Notes: generated by a model from the letters alone, not told the origin. DNA of 35,263 nt from an uncultured Gammaproteobacteria bacterium (GCA_964470705.1 CAYYDT010000001.1:28058-63320), one strand, 5' to 3'. Shown: positions 24,548-32,761, counted from the first letter of the stretch. Made by a program: numbers and translations.

Positions 24548-25403
24548 TAAAATAGTATTTAGCTGGTTGGGATTAATTTTATTTTTTGTTTTTTTTATTG
24601 CTCTCCGGCTTGATTTGGAGGGAAGAGATATTTTAAGCCCAGGTTATACTGTCCGGCCAATCATGGGGGTAAGTAGCAACCGTCCACCTGAAATTAATGC
24701 CGACTCGTACTTGGTAATGGATGTTGATACCGGGTCGATACTTTTAGAAAAAAATGCCCATCAGCGGTTAAAGCCGGCCTCAATTACGAAAATGGCAACG
24801 GCAATCAATGCTTTAGAAACTTATCCTTTGGGAGAAGTAATTACCGTACAAGAAAGTTATTCAATTGGTAAGAATATGGAACTGCAGGCTGGTGAAAAAA
24901 TTACCGTAGAAAACTTGATTTACGGATTGCTGGTTCACTCCGCTAACGATGCCGGTTTTGTCCTTGCCGGCCAGTCAGAATACAAAATTAATCAATTTAT
25001 TGCCCAGTTGAATAAACATATTGAACAGTTGGGCTTAAAAAACACTCATTTTGTTAACTTTGACGGTCTTGACGCCGATAACCATTATTCTTCATCATTT
25101 GATTTGGCCCATTTAGCCAGGTCAGTTATAAAGAACAAAGTTTTTGTACGGGCAATCCGGGAGCAAGAAATGATTGTTACTGATTTGACTGGAGAAATTA
25201 GTCATCGATTGGAAACAACAAATGAACTGTTGGTTAATCTTCCCGAAGTGAAGGGGATCAAAACCGGTTGGACTCCGGGAGCAGGCGAGTGTTTTATTGG
25301 CTTGATTGAAATTAAGGGCAGGCAGTTTATAACGGTTATCCTCGGTAGTGAAGACCGGTTTGGTGAAACCGTTAAACTAATAAATTGGCTAAAAGAAAAT
25401 TAG
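24537..25403 (+). CDS. D-alanyl-D-alanine carboxypeptidase (S11 / PBP5-like)
   Basis: N-terminal anchor and the catalytic triad of motifs SITK, SAND, KTGWT. Confidence 0.85.
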   Translation: MRINKIVFSWLGLILFFVFFIALRLDLEGRDILSPGYTVRPIMGVSSNRPPEINADSYLVMDVDTGSILLEKNAHQRLKPASITKMATAINALETYPLGEVITVQESYSIGKNMELQAGEKITVENLIYGLLVHSANDAGFVLAGQSEYKINQFIAQLNKHIEQLGLKNTHFVNFDGLDADNHYSSSFDLAHLARSVIKNKVFVRAIREQEMIVTDLTGEISHRLETTNELLVNLPEVKGIKTGWTPGAGECFIGLIEIKGRQFITVILGSEDRFGETVKLINWLKEN

Positions 25404-25409
25404 CATTTT

Positions 25410-26471
25410 TTACTGAGGTTGAACCCATTCCGGGGGAATTGCCGTATGATAGCCTACAAAGTTGTCATCGCCTTCAAAAACATAAATTGGTTGTAAAAAG
25501 TTGGTTGGTTGAGACGGGTCAAAATAAGCAAGATATATTTTCCTAATTTTAACCCCTTCTTGCGAATTGCCGTCAAAAGAGGCCAGATAGTAATTTCCTT
25601 TTGTAACTTCTTCCCAAGCGGCTTCAATCGGTAACAAAGGATATTCAGAAAACTCTTCCGGGTCTCTTTCAAAGTGAGTGTATTTTGCTTCAACAATATT
25701 GTTTCCTTGCACTCGCCGGCTGGAAATCAAAAAAGAAACTAAGGCTTCAGGGTAAGTTGGTGGCATTATTGGATATTCTTGGTCTACGGGAGTACGAAAA
25801 AAACTAACGCGCACGAAATCAGCTTCAGATGCTGAAATAGCCGGAACGAGTTTTTCTCCTTTAATTGACCAATAACTCACTTCTTTCCCTCCTTCCGCCA
25901 GTTCTTTGCTAAAGAGGTTAAATTGGCGCAGAAAAGTTTCACCCATTCGGACAGCTTCCTCCTTGGTTGGTAAAGGCGGCGGGTTGATTAGTGTTTGGTC
26001 GTATATATAATCGTAGGCATAAACAAAACTTTTTGTCAATACGTTTATTTCTAATTGGGTCCTGGTAATTCGGTTGTTGTATAAATATACATTTTCTGAA
26101 ATTTTTGTCCTGTTAACATTTAATTCTAACCGGTTGGCAATTGCTTGAGCGTCGTCAAGTTTAGAAAATTTTCCGCCGAAACTGGTTAAATAAATTACTT
26201 TCGCCCGGTCACCGAAATTAGTTGGTAATTTCCCTTCTACGGTTTCTAGTTGAAAATTAACCGGTATACTGATTTTTTGTTCAGGAAAGTTAACCGGTGG
26301 CAGTCTTCCGTACGCAGCAGCTGGCGGTGGGTCCTTGGGCGGGTTAAGGTAAAGCCACAAGGCATAAGCGGCAGCGTATCCTGCCCGGAGAACAATAAAA
26401 GTAAGCAGACAGATAGTGCCGATTTTAATTGCTCTTCTTACATAAAAAGAAGTGATTGTTAACTGTGACAT
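25410..26471 (-). CDS. membrane-anchored hypothetical protein
   Basis: 353 aa from the ATG at 26471 (GAGG SD upstream). One N-terminal TM helix followed by a Pro-rich linker. No motif I recognise. The longer ORF start at 26534 would overlap gltX. Confidence 0.6.
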   Translation of the reverse strand: MSQLTITSFYVRRAIKIGTICLLTFIVLRAGYAAAYALWLYLNPPKDPPPAAAYGRLPPVNFPEQKISIPVNFQLETVEGKLPTNFGDRAKVIYLTSFGGKFSKLDDAQAIANRLELNVNRTKISENVYLYNNRITRTQLEINVLTKSFVYAYDYIYDQTLINPPPLPTKEEAVRMGETFLRQFNLFSKELAEGGKEVSYWSIKGEKLVPAISASEADFVRVSFFRTPVDQEYPIMPPTYPEALVSFLISSRRVQGNNIVEAKYTHFERDPEEFSEYPLLPIEAAWEEVTKGNYYLASFDGNSQEGVKIRKIYLAYFDPSQPTNFLQPIYVFEGDDNFVGYHTAIPPEWVQPQ

Positions 26472-26500
26472 TTTCTTAACCTCAGTATAACAGTCATTTA

Positions 26501-26509
26501 TGTTAAAAT
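26501..26509 (+). promoter_or_regulatory. extended -10 box TGTTAAAAT, 6 nt before the gltX ATG
   Basis: The same 9-mer recurs at 28954 (+) and 28122-28130 (-). No SD before 26516. Confidence 0.5.
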
Positions 26510-26515
26510 TCAAAT

Positions 26516-27949
26516 ATGAGTCAAGTGAGAACACGTTTTGCTCCCAGTCCGACTGGATTTGTGCATGTCGGCAATCTTTATGCGGCTTATCTGGGTTACG
26601 CTTACGCCCGCAGTAATCAGGGGAAATTTATTTTACGCATAGAAGATACCGATCAGACCAGGGAAGTGGAAGGAGCGGTTAAGGCAATTTATCAGGCTTT
26701 AGATTGGGCCGGGGTCAGTATTGATGAGGGCCCTCGGGAAGGAGGATCTTATGCGCCTTATGTTCAATCGAAGCGTTTGGATTTGTATCGTCAACATGCT
26801 CAAGAGTTGGTAGCCAAAGGTAAGGCTTATTATTGTTTTTGTTCACCTCAAAGGTTAGCAGAAATACGTCACCAGCAAAAAGAGGCGGGTAAGCCGCCAA
26901 AGTATAACAAAGTTTGTCGGCAAATGCCGGTTGAAGAGGCTAAAAAAAGAATTGACCAGGGCGAGAAAGCAGTAATTAGGATGAAAATTCCTGAGAATCA
27001 AACAATAGTTGTCAACGATATGGTACGGGGCGATATCCAATTTGACTCAAATTTAATTGACGATCAGGTAATCTTAAAAGCTGACGGTTTTCCTACTTAT
27101 CATTTGGCCGTTGTTGTTGATGATCATTTAATGGAAATATCTCACGTTGTCAGGGGAGAGGAATGGCTATCTTCATTTCCAAAACACAAACTTCTTTATC
27201 AATATTTTGGCTGGCAGATGCCAAATTTTTTTCATAATCCCTTGTTCAGAAATCCGGATAAATCTAAAATGAGCAAGCGGCAGGGCGATGTTTCTGTTTC
27301 CTGGTACCGCGACCAAGGTTTTTTGCCGGAAGCGTTAAAAAACTATTTTTCGTTGATGGGCTGGTCTCACCCCGACCAAAAAGAAATATTTTCAGAAGAA
27401 GAATTTCTCAATCATTTTGATTTAAAAGACGTTTCACCGGTGGCACCTGTTTTCGATATTCAAAAACTAGAATGGATGAATGGCGTTTATATCCGCAATA
27501 AATCTGACGCTGACCTGGCCGAAGACTTAAATTCCTACCTTCCTGAAATGACCGAAAGTCAGGTAAGGCAGGCGGTGCCGTTGGTAAAAGACAGAATCAA
27601 GAGGTTATCAGAGGCAAAAGATATGCTTGAATTTGTTTGGTCGTGTCCGCCGTGTAAACCCGATAAACTCATGCCAAAAAATCTTGATAAAAATCAAGCA
27701 AAGCAAATGCTTAAAACGGCAAAAGATATAATTTCCGAAGTCGGCATTGACAGTGTTGATAAGCTTCAAAAAGAAATTATGAAAGTAATCGAGGAAAACG
27801 AGTGGAAAACCGGCGACTTCTTTATGGTTTTAAGAGTAGCAATTTGCACAAAAAAAATAACCCCGCCGATTTTGCCGGCATTAAAACTCATCGGCAAAGA
27901 AGAAGCCTTGCAAAGGATTAAATTAGCCAATGAGAAGTTATTGACTTGA
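26516..27949 (+). CDS. gltX: glutamate-tRNA ligase
   Basis: RFAPSPTGFVHVGN (HIGH variant) and KMSKR (KMSKS). 477 aa. Confidence 0.95.
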   Translation: MSQVRTRFAPSPTGFVHVGNLYAAYLGYAYARSNQGKFILRIEDTDQTREVEGAVKAIYQALDWAGVSIDEGPREGGSYAPYVQSKRLDLYRQHAQELVAKGKAYYCFCSPQRLAEIRHQQKEAGKPPKYNKVCRQMPVEEAKKRIDQGEKAVIRMKIPENQTIVVNDMVRGDIQFDSNLIDDQVILKADGFPTYHLAVVVDDHLMEISHVVRGEEWLSSFPKHKLLYQYFGWQMPNFFHNPLFRNPDKSKMSKRQGDVSVSWYRDQGFLPEALKNYFSLMGWSHPDQKEIFSEEEFLNHFDLKDVSPVAPVFDIQKLEWMNGVYIRNKSDADLAEDLNSYLPEMTESQVRQAVPLVKDRIKRLSEAKDMLEFVWSCPPCKPDKLMPKNLDKNQAKQMLKTAKDIISEVGIDSVDKLQKEIMKVIEENEWKTGDFFMVLRVAICTKKITPPILPALKLIGKEEALQRIKLANEKLLT

Positions 27950-27954
27950 TATCC

Positions 27955-27986
27955 CTTCCTAGATTCCCAGATTCCTAAATTCCTAT
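27955..27986. repeat. four tandem 8-nt units containing TTCC (cttcctag attcccag attcctaa attcctat)
   Basis: TTCC at 27956, 27964, 27972 and 27980. Lies between the gltX stop and the 3' end of the 5S rRNA. Confidence 0.75.
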
Positions 27987-27996
27987 TATTATAAAG

Positions 27997-28116
27997 TGCC
28001 CGGCCTTGACCTATTTTCGCGTACCGTTGCCGATAGACTATCGTCAGCGCTGAGGAGTTTCACTTCTGTGTTCGGAATGGGAACAGGTGGTTCCACCTCG
28101 CTCCAAAGACCGGGCA
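27997..28116 (-). rRNA. rrf: 5S ribosomal RNA, not linked to any 23S within the window
   Basis: Minus strand reads TGCCCGGTC...CACCTGTTCCCATTCCGAACACAGAAGTGAAACTCCTCAGCGCTGACGATAGT...GGCCGGGCA. It matches the universal 5S loop B/C and helix I pattern. Ends are accurate to about 2 nt. Confidence 0.9.
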
Positions 28117-28121
28117 AACAT

Positions 28122-28130
28122 ATTTTAACA
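28122..28130 (-). promoter_or_regulatory. extended -10 (TGTTAAAAT on minus strand) 5-6 nt upstream of the 5S 5' end
   Basis: Reverse complement of 28122-28130. A TTTACA -35-like hexamer lies about 18 nt further upstream. Confidence 0.5.
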
Positions 28131-28154
28131 CTTCTATACCTCATTTGTAAATAA

Positions 28155-28195
28155 ACCCGCACCTCTAAGGTGCATTTATACCTGCACCTCGGGTA
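28155..28195 (+). repeat. copy B of the conserved ~42-nt intergenic element
   Basis: ACCCGCACCTCTAAGGTGCATTTATACCTGCACCTCGGGTA. Shares an identical 15-nt core TTTATACCTGCACCT and the preceding hairpin with 5442-5483. Confidence 0.75.
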
Positions 28196-28222
28196 AATTA
28201 TTTGTGATAAACTAGAAGCAGG

Positions 28223-28564
28223 ATGAAAGTAGTTGATAAAAAAATCTCTTTGGAGGAAATAAACAAATTAGCCCGGGACACGTTTGGCAATTTGGTAAAA
28301 GCGGTTGTTGATGTGGAAAAAGAAATAATGGTTGTTGGCGGCCAGTTGCATTCTGATGAAGAATCACTGCTTATAGAGCATGGGTCAAAACAAGAAAATA
28401 TTTGGGGAATCAATATTTATCCTCAAGAAAGTTCTGACAACTGGATCGAGTTTGATTCAATGATAAATCTACGGCCTTATCAAGAAAATCTAACGCGGAG
28501 CGTTGATAACTCTGAAATTTGCCAAAAAATTGTTGAGATTGTTAACCAATTAGTAGAAAAATGA
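28223..28564 (+). CDS. DUF5674-like protein
   Basis: 113 aa. The block FGNLVKAVVDVEKEIMVVGGQLHSDEESLLIEHGSKQENIWGINIYP matches my memory of the DUF5674 family. Confidence 0.5.
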   Translation: MKVVDKKISLEEINKLARDTFGNLVKAVVDVEKEIMVVGGQLHSDEESLLIEHGSKQENIWGINIYPQESSDNWIEFDSMINLRPYQENLTRSVDNSEICQKIVEIVNQLVEK

Positions 28565-28899
28565 TTTATCAGCATCAAGGATTGGCTGATCGGTGGGGGA
28601 ATTTCAGTCTTTGCGAGCAGTTAGCCAATGTCGGCAGTGAAGTGGAGCGGGCAATTAGCTGGAAAGAAAAAGGCAACCAAGAGTACCGTCGGTTGGCGGC
28701 GGAACGGGCTTTGGAGTTGACTTCGATGACTATTGATCAATATAAATCTTATTCCCGGCTAAAAGAATTAACCAGGTTGTATGAAGTTCTTGTTGACTAT
28801 TTTTGGGGAGATAATATTTACGGCTCTTCTGATAAACTCTGGCAAAACTATTTCCGGCCTTTCAATTACGCCGCCAGACTTACCAAAACCACCACTTAA
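28561..28899 (+). CDS. hypothetical helical protein, translationally coupled to the DUF5674-like gene
   Basis: 112 aa. ATGA overlap with the upstream gene. No motif I recognise. Confidence 0.5.
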   Translation: MIYQHQGLADRWGNFSLCEQLANVGSEVERAISWKEKGNQEYRRLAAERALELTSMTIDQYKSYSRLKELTRLYEVLVDYFWGDNIYGSSDKLWQNYFRPFNYAARLTKTTT

Positions 28900-28921
28900 A
28901 TGACGATCGTCATTTAAGTGG
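28892..28921. repeat. 30-nt perfect palindrome CCACTTAAATGACGATCGTCATTTAAGTGG
   Basis: Two 15-nt arms with no loop. Spans the stop codon of the 28561 gene. Confidence 0.85.
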
Positions 28922-28953
28922 CGCTTATTTAATTTAAGTTTTGGATATTGAAA

Positions 28954-28962
28954 TGTTAAAAT
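28954..28962 (+). promoter_or_regulatory. extended -10 box TGTTAAAAT upstream of tRNA-Gln
   Basis: Identical 9-mer to the gltX and 5S boxes, about 30 nt before the tRNA 5' end. Confidence 0.45.
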
Positions 28963-28991
28963 AAGGTTATTATCGAAGTTGCCTCGATGAT

Positions 28992-29062
28992 TGCCGGGTC
29001 GTTCAACGGTAGGACGGCACGCTCTGAACGTGTTAATCGTGGTTCGAGTCCACGCCCGGCAA
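28992..29062 (+). tRNA. tRNA-Gln (anticodon CTG), no encoded CCA
   Basis: Hand fold: TGCCGGG TC GTTC AACGGTA GGAC G GCACG CTCTGAA CGTGT TAAT CGTGG TTCGAGT CCACG CCCGGCA A. U1-A72 as in bacterial tRNA-Gln. Followed by CTA rather than CCA. Confidence 0.85.
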
Positions 29063-29216
29063 CTAATAACTCGGGAAAGAATATAGATTTGTTTTTTGGT
29101 CCGTAATGTTCTAAAATGAAATTGTATTAAAATGATTAAGAATAAAAAGGTTCGATTGTTTGCTATCGTTTTACTTATCCTTGTTGTTGGTTATATGTTG
29201 TATTCAGTTTTATAAA

Positions 29217-29591
29217 ATGGCTGTTCCTAAATTTAAACCACTAGAAAATTTAAGCGAAAGCGCTAAGAAAAAAATTAAGCCGATTTTGATCGCCTTATTG
29301 GCTTTGCTTTTAGGTGCCTTTGGTCTTGAAGCAACAAATACAGATTGGGATCTGGGTAAATTATTGTCCGGATCTTCTTTTGAAGAGGCAAGAGTGAGGC
29401 GGGATAAAGATGGGAATGTAGTTACTTCTGGAGGCAAGTTTACTGATGAGTACAACTGCGATGACTTTGAAACCCAGGAAGAGGCGCAGCGTTTTTTTAT
29501 CAATGCCGGCGGTCCGAATGAAGACGTAAATCGGCTTGATGGCGACAATGATGGTGTTGCCTGCGAATCTCTTCCAAAAGAAAAATTATGA
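29217..29591 (+). CDS. membrane-anchored Excalibur calcium-binding domain protein
   Basis: TM helix followed by a C-terminal DCDDF...RLDGDNDGVACE (DxDxDGxxCE) motif. ATG at 29217 preferred over the TTG at 29160. Confidence 0.7.
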   Translation: MAVPKFKPLENLSESAKKKIKPILIALLALLLGAFGLEATNTDWDLGKLLSGSSFEEARVRRDKDGNVVTSGGKFTDEYNCDDFETQEEAQRFFINAGGPNEDVNRLDGDNDGVACESLPKEKL

Positions 29592-29923
29592 TAAATATGT
29601 TAATAAAATTATTAATTAGGAGTTTCTCGGTTGTTATTGCTTCTTATATTGTTCCAGGAGTTAATGTTGAGGATTTTTTAACAGCAGTTTTAGTTGCGTT
29701 AACTTTAGCCGTTTTAAACACAATTGTTAAACCGATTTTAGTTTTTTTTACTCTACCGATTAATATTTTAACTTTTGGTTTATTCATTTTAATAATCAAC
29801 GGATTGATCGTTTGGTTAGTTGATTATCTTATTCCGCAGTTTACAGTCAGCACTTTCTTGTCTGGGTTAATCTTTAGTATCATTTTATCGATTGTCAGTT
29901 CAGTTCTTCTCGGTTTGAACTAA
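29588..29923 (+). CDS. DUF360 / YvlD (phage-holin-4-like) small membrane protein
   Basis: 111 aa, 3-4 TM segments, family-like block LNTIVKPILVFFTLPINILTFGLFILIINGL. ATGA overlap with the upstream gene. Confidence 0.6.
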   Translation: MINMLIKLLIRSFSVVIASYIVPGVNVEDFLTAVLVALTLAVLNTIVKPILVFFTLPINILTFGLFILIINGLIVWLVDYLIPQFTVSTFLSGLIFSIILSIVSSVLLGLN

Positions 29924-30003
29924 GTTTTTTTCCTATTTCTTTCTACCAACAAAACTACGACGGTAGAATTACTGGGAAGAATTACTCTAAATGCCGTGGG
30001 GGG

Positions 30004-30031
30004 TTGACAAGAATGGCGAATTTTGTAGTAT
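30004..30031 (+). promoter_or_regulatory. putative promoter TTGACA-N16-TAGTAT
   Basis: -35 at 30004-30009 and -10 at 30026-30031. The same hexamer pair occurs at 30576-30604. Confidence 0.45.
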
Positions 30032-30065
30032 TAAGATTGTAAAGGAAGAAAGAAGGTGAGTATTA

Positions 30066-30563
30066 ATGAATAAAAACACAGTAATTATTATTGCCTTAGT
30101 AGTAGTTTTAGGAATCGGAGGATTAATTTTTATGACTGGGAATAATTCCCAGGAGTTGCCTGAGGATGAATTAACACCCCAGTTTTCAGGGGAATTAGTA
30201 GAAGATGAAATCGAGATCACGGGAAATCCAGAAACGGTAGTCGCTCTTTTTATGGATAATTTTATTGAGACAGCACCGCCAGAATCTGATATCGAGGCCT
30301 TAAATAATGCCCTTGATTTAATTTCAGATGAAGCAAAAATGCAGTTTGGCGATGAACCGACTTCCGGAGATTTAGCCATGTTTGTCGGTGTTCAAGATAT
30401 TCCTGATAACGGTTATCAAGTCAGTGGAGTTAGTTTTAATCAAGACGGTGATCAGGGAACTGCTAATGTTGAGGTAACTTTAAACTATTCTGGAGGCGAA
30501 TCAGTAAAAACGTTTGATTTAATAAAGGTAAATAATAACTGGGTAATAGATAAGATAAATTAA
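30066..30563 (+). CDS. membrane-anchored acidic hypothetical protein
   Basis: 165 aa, N-terminal TM helix, no Cys. GAAGGTGAG SD upstream. Confidence 0.6.
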   Translation: MNKNTVIIIALVVVLGIGGLIFMTGNNSQELPEDELTPQFSGELVEDEIEITGNPETVVALFMDNFIETAPPESDIEALNNALDLISDEAKMQFGDEPTSGDLAMFVGVQDIPDNGYQVSGVSFNQDGDQGTANVEVTLNYSGGESVKTFDLIKVNNNWVIDKIN

Positions 30564-30575
30564 TTTGTTTAGAAC

Positions 30576-30604
30576 TTGACAAATAATTATATCATTATTA
30601 GTAT
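30576..30604 (+). promoter_or_regulatory. putative promoter TTGACA-N17-TAGTAT for the 30623-35263 operon
   Basis: -35 at 30576-30581 and -10 at 30599-30604. Confidence 0.45.
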
Positions 30605-30622
30605 CTATAGACGGTAAGTGAT

Positions 30623-32338
30623 ATGTCTGTTAATAAAAAATTTAAAAACCTTTTTCCTGCGCTGTTGTTTTTTGTGGTTTCTTTTTTAGTTTTTGCCGGC
30701 TCAACAAAAGCACAGAATAAAACAACTATTTATTTCTTCTGGGGTGAGGGCTGTCCCCATTGTGCTAGTCAAAAAGAGTTTATCGACCAATGGGAGGATA
30801 AATATCCAGAATTGGAAGTAAAAAAAATTAATGCTTGGGAAAATGAAGAAAGCGCTCAGTTGTATGAGCAAATGGCAAAGTCGTATGGTATTGAAGCTAG
30901 GGGAGTGCCGGCAACTTTTATCGGCGATCACGATCCGATAATTGGCTTTGCCGAATATATTGCCGGTGACATAGAAGAAAAAATAGTTGATTGTATTGAA
31001 AATGGCTGTATTGATCCTGGAGAAAAAGCCGGGGTTGACACTAATCAGCAATCTCAACAGCAAACCAACGAGGTTTGTCTTCACTTTTTCTATCAAGAAG
31101 ATTGTGACCAGTGCCGGAATGTCGAGAGTTTATTAGCAGATCTGGAAAAAGAGTATCAGATCAATATTAGTAGATATAATGTTGATCAAGACAAAGAGTT
31201 ATACCAGCAGTTTAAAGAAACATACGGTCTAGCTGGCGCCGCTCATCCGATTATTTTTATCGGCGAGCGTTATTTAATTGGAGAATCTGGAATAAAAGAT
31301 TATTTGGAAAGGGAGATCCTCCTTTGTCAGGACCAGAGGTGTCAATGCCCGGTTGAAGAAATTCAGGCCTACACACCGGCACTGCCTAAAAAAGGTGATG
31401 CTGACCCGGAAAAGGAATACCAGGTTAATGTGCCTATTTTGGGAGAAGTTAATATTTCGGAAATGTCTTTACCGGTGATGACGGGTTTAATTTCTTTTGT
31501 TGATGGTTTTAACCCCTGCTCTTTGTGGCTGATTACCTTTTTGCTGGGTATTGTTATTCACACCGGGTCAAGAAAAAAGATTGTTCTAGTCGGCTTAACA
31601 TTTCTTTTAGTCACTTCGTTTATCTACGCCTTATTTATGGTCGGCTTATTAAAAGTCTTTACTTATGTTGGTTACATGGATTGGATTAAAATAGTCATTG
31701 CTTTAGTTGCCCTGATTTTTGCTTCGGTAAATATTAAGGATTATTTTTGGTATAAAAAGGGTGTCTCGTTGACTATTTCCGACAAATTTAAACCCAAAAT
31801 TTTCAGCCAGATTAGGGGTATTATGAATAAAAAATCTGACTTAGGAATGATGGCCGGAACAGTTGTTTTAGCGATTGGGGTTGCTTTGGTTGAACTTCCC
31901 TGCACCGCCGGTTTTCCGGTAATTTGGACAAGTATTCTGGCAGATCGCAATGTTGTCGGCAGTGCTTTTTACGGCTTGTTAATTATTTATATTTTAGTAT
32001 ATTTGCTCGATGAACTAATAGTTTTTGGCAGTATAGCCCTAACTTTAAGGGTCAGTGCTTTTGAAGAGAAGCACGGCCGTACCTTAAAACTGATCGGCGG
32101 GATGATCATGATGTCTCTGGCAGTTACCTTGTTGACAAAGCCGGAATTGATGGAAAGCGTTTCTGGAACATTGGTTGTTTTCGGCGCTGCTCTTGGTTTG
32201 TCGTTTTTGATATTAATTGTCCATCGCAAGTTTTTACCTAATTTGGGTGTGGAAATTGGAACTGAAAACCTTGCTTCAGAAGATGAACAAATAGAGGATC
32301 AGCAATTCAATATTAAAAATCAAACAAAGGAGGAATAA
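30623..32338 (+). CDS. signal peptide + two thioredoxin/glutaredoxin-like domains (CPHC, CDQC) + DsbD/CcdA-like polytopic membrane domain
   Basis: 571 aa. Signal-like N-terminus ending STKAQ. FFWGEGCPHC...GVPATFIG and FFYQEDCDQC...HPIIFIG (CxxC plus cis-Pro contexts). Then about 6-7 TM segments with Pro-Cys motifs in the first and fourth helices (DGFNPCSLW, ELPCTAGFP). Confidence 0.7.
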   Translation: MSVNKKFKNLFPALLFFVVSFLVFAGSTKAQNKTTIYFFWGEGCPHCASQKEFIDQWEDKYPELEVKKINAWENEESAQLYEQMAKSYGIEARGVPATFIGDHDPIIGFAEYIAGDIEEKIVDCIENGCIDPGEKAGVDTNQQSQQQTNEVCLHFFYQEDCDQCRNVESLLADLEKEYQINISRYNVDQDKELYQQFKETYGLAGAAHPIIFIGERYLIGESGIKDYLEREILLCQDQRCQCPVEEIQAYTPALPKKGDADPEKEYQVNVPILGEVNISEMSLPVMTGLISFVDGFNPCSLWLITFLLGIVIHTGSRKKIVLVGLTFLLVTSFIYALFMVGLLKVFTYVGYMDWIKIVIALVALIFASVNIKDYFWYKKGVSLTISDKFKPKIFSQIRGIMNKKSDLGMMAGTVVLAIGVALVELPCTAGFPVIWTSILADRNVVGSAFYGLLIIYILVYLLDELIVFGSIALTLRVSAFEEKHGRTLKLIGGMIMMSLAVTLLTKPELMESVSGTLVVFGAALGLSFLILIVHRKFLPNLGVEIGTENLASEDEQIEDQQFNIKNQTKEE

Positions 32339-32341
32339 AAA

Positions 32342-32761
32342 ATGAATAACCTTAATTTTCCAGACAATTTACTTTATAACCTTGATTTTTCTTGGGTGAA
32401 AATTGATGGAGAAATAGCTACCTTAGGAATTATTAAGCCCGCTGCCGATAAAGTAAAAGAGTTTGTTTTTATAAAGTTGCCGAAAGAAGGGGAAAAGGTT
32501 GCCCGCGGTGAGACTTACACTTCATTAGAAGCGCTGAAATGGAGTGGACAGATTGCTTCCCCCTTATCTGGAGAAATCGTTGAAGTTCACCAAGAACTTT
32601 TTGACCAGCCGGCAATTATTAATCAGGACCCTTATGGTAAGGGGTGGATTGCGAAACTAAAAGTAGGAAATCCAGAGGAAATAAAAGAATTATTAGATTC
32701 AAAGCAAATTGCTCAACAGGCAAGTGGTGATTTGTCAGAGGAGGTGAATAAAAGTGAATGA
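32342..32761 (+). CDS. gcvH: glycine-cleavage H-protein-like lipoyl carrier
   Basis: 139 aa. LEALKWSGQIASPLSGEIVEV matches the H-protein lipoyl-lysine motif (E-x-x-K-x(7)-P-x-SG-x-V-x-E-V). AAGGAGGAA SD inside the end of the upstream gene. Confidence 0.8.
   Translation: MNNLNFPDNLLYNLDFSWVKIDGEIATLGIIKPAADKVKEFVFIKLPKEGEKVARGETYTSLEALKWSGQIASPLSGEIVEVHQELFDQPAIINQDPYGKGWIAKLKVGNPEEIKELLDSKQIAQQASGDLSEEVNKSE

Noticed and set aside
29588-29923. Phage lysis cassette (holin-family protein)
   Set aside because: The holin-4-like DUF360 fold is widespread in non-phage contexts. There is no endolysin, spanin or other phage gene nearby, and it is coupled to an Excalibur-domain envelope protein.
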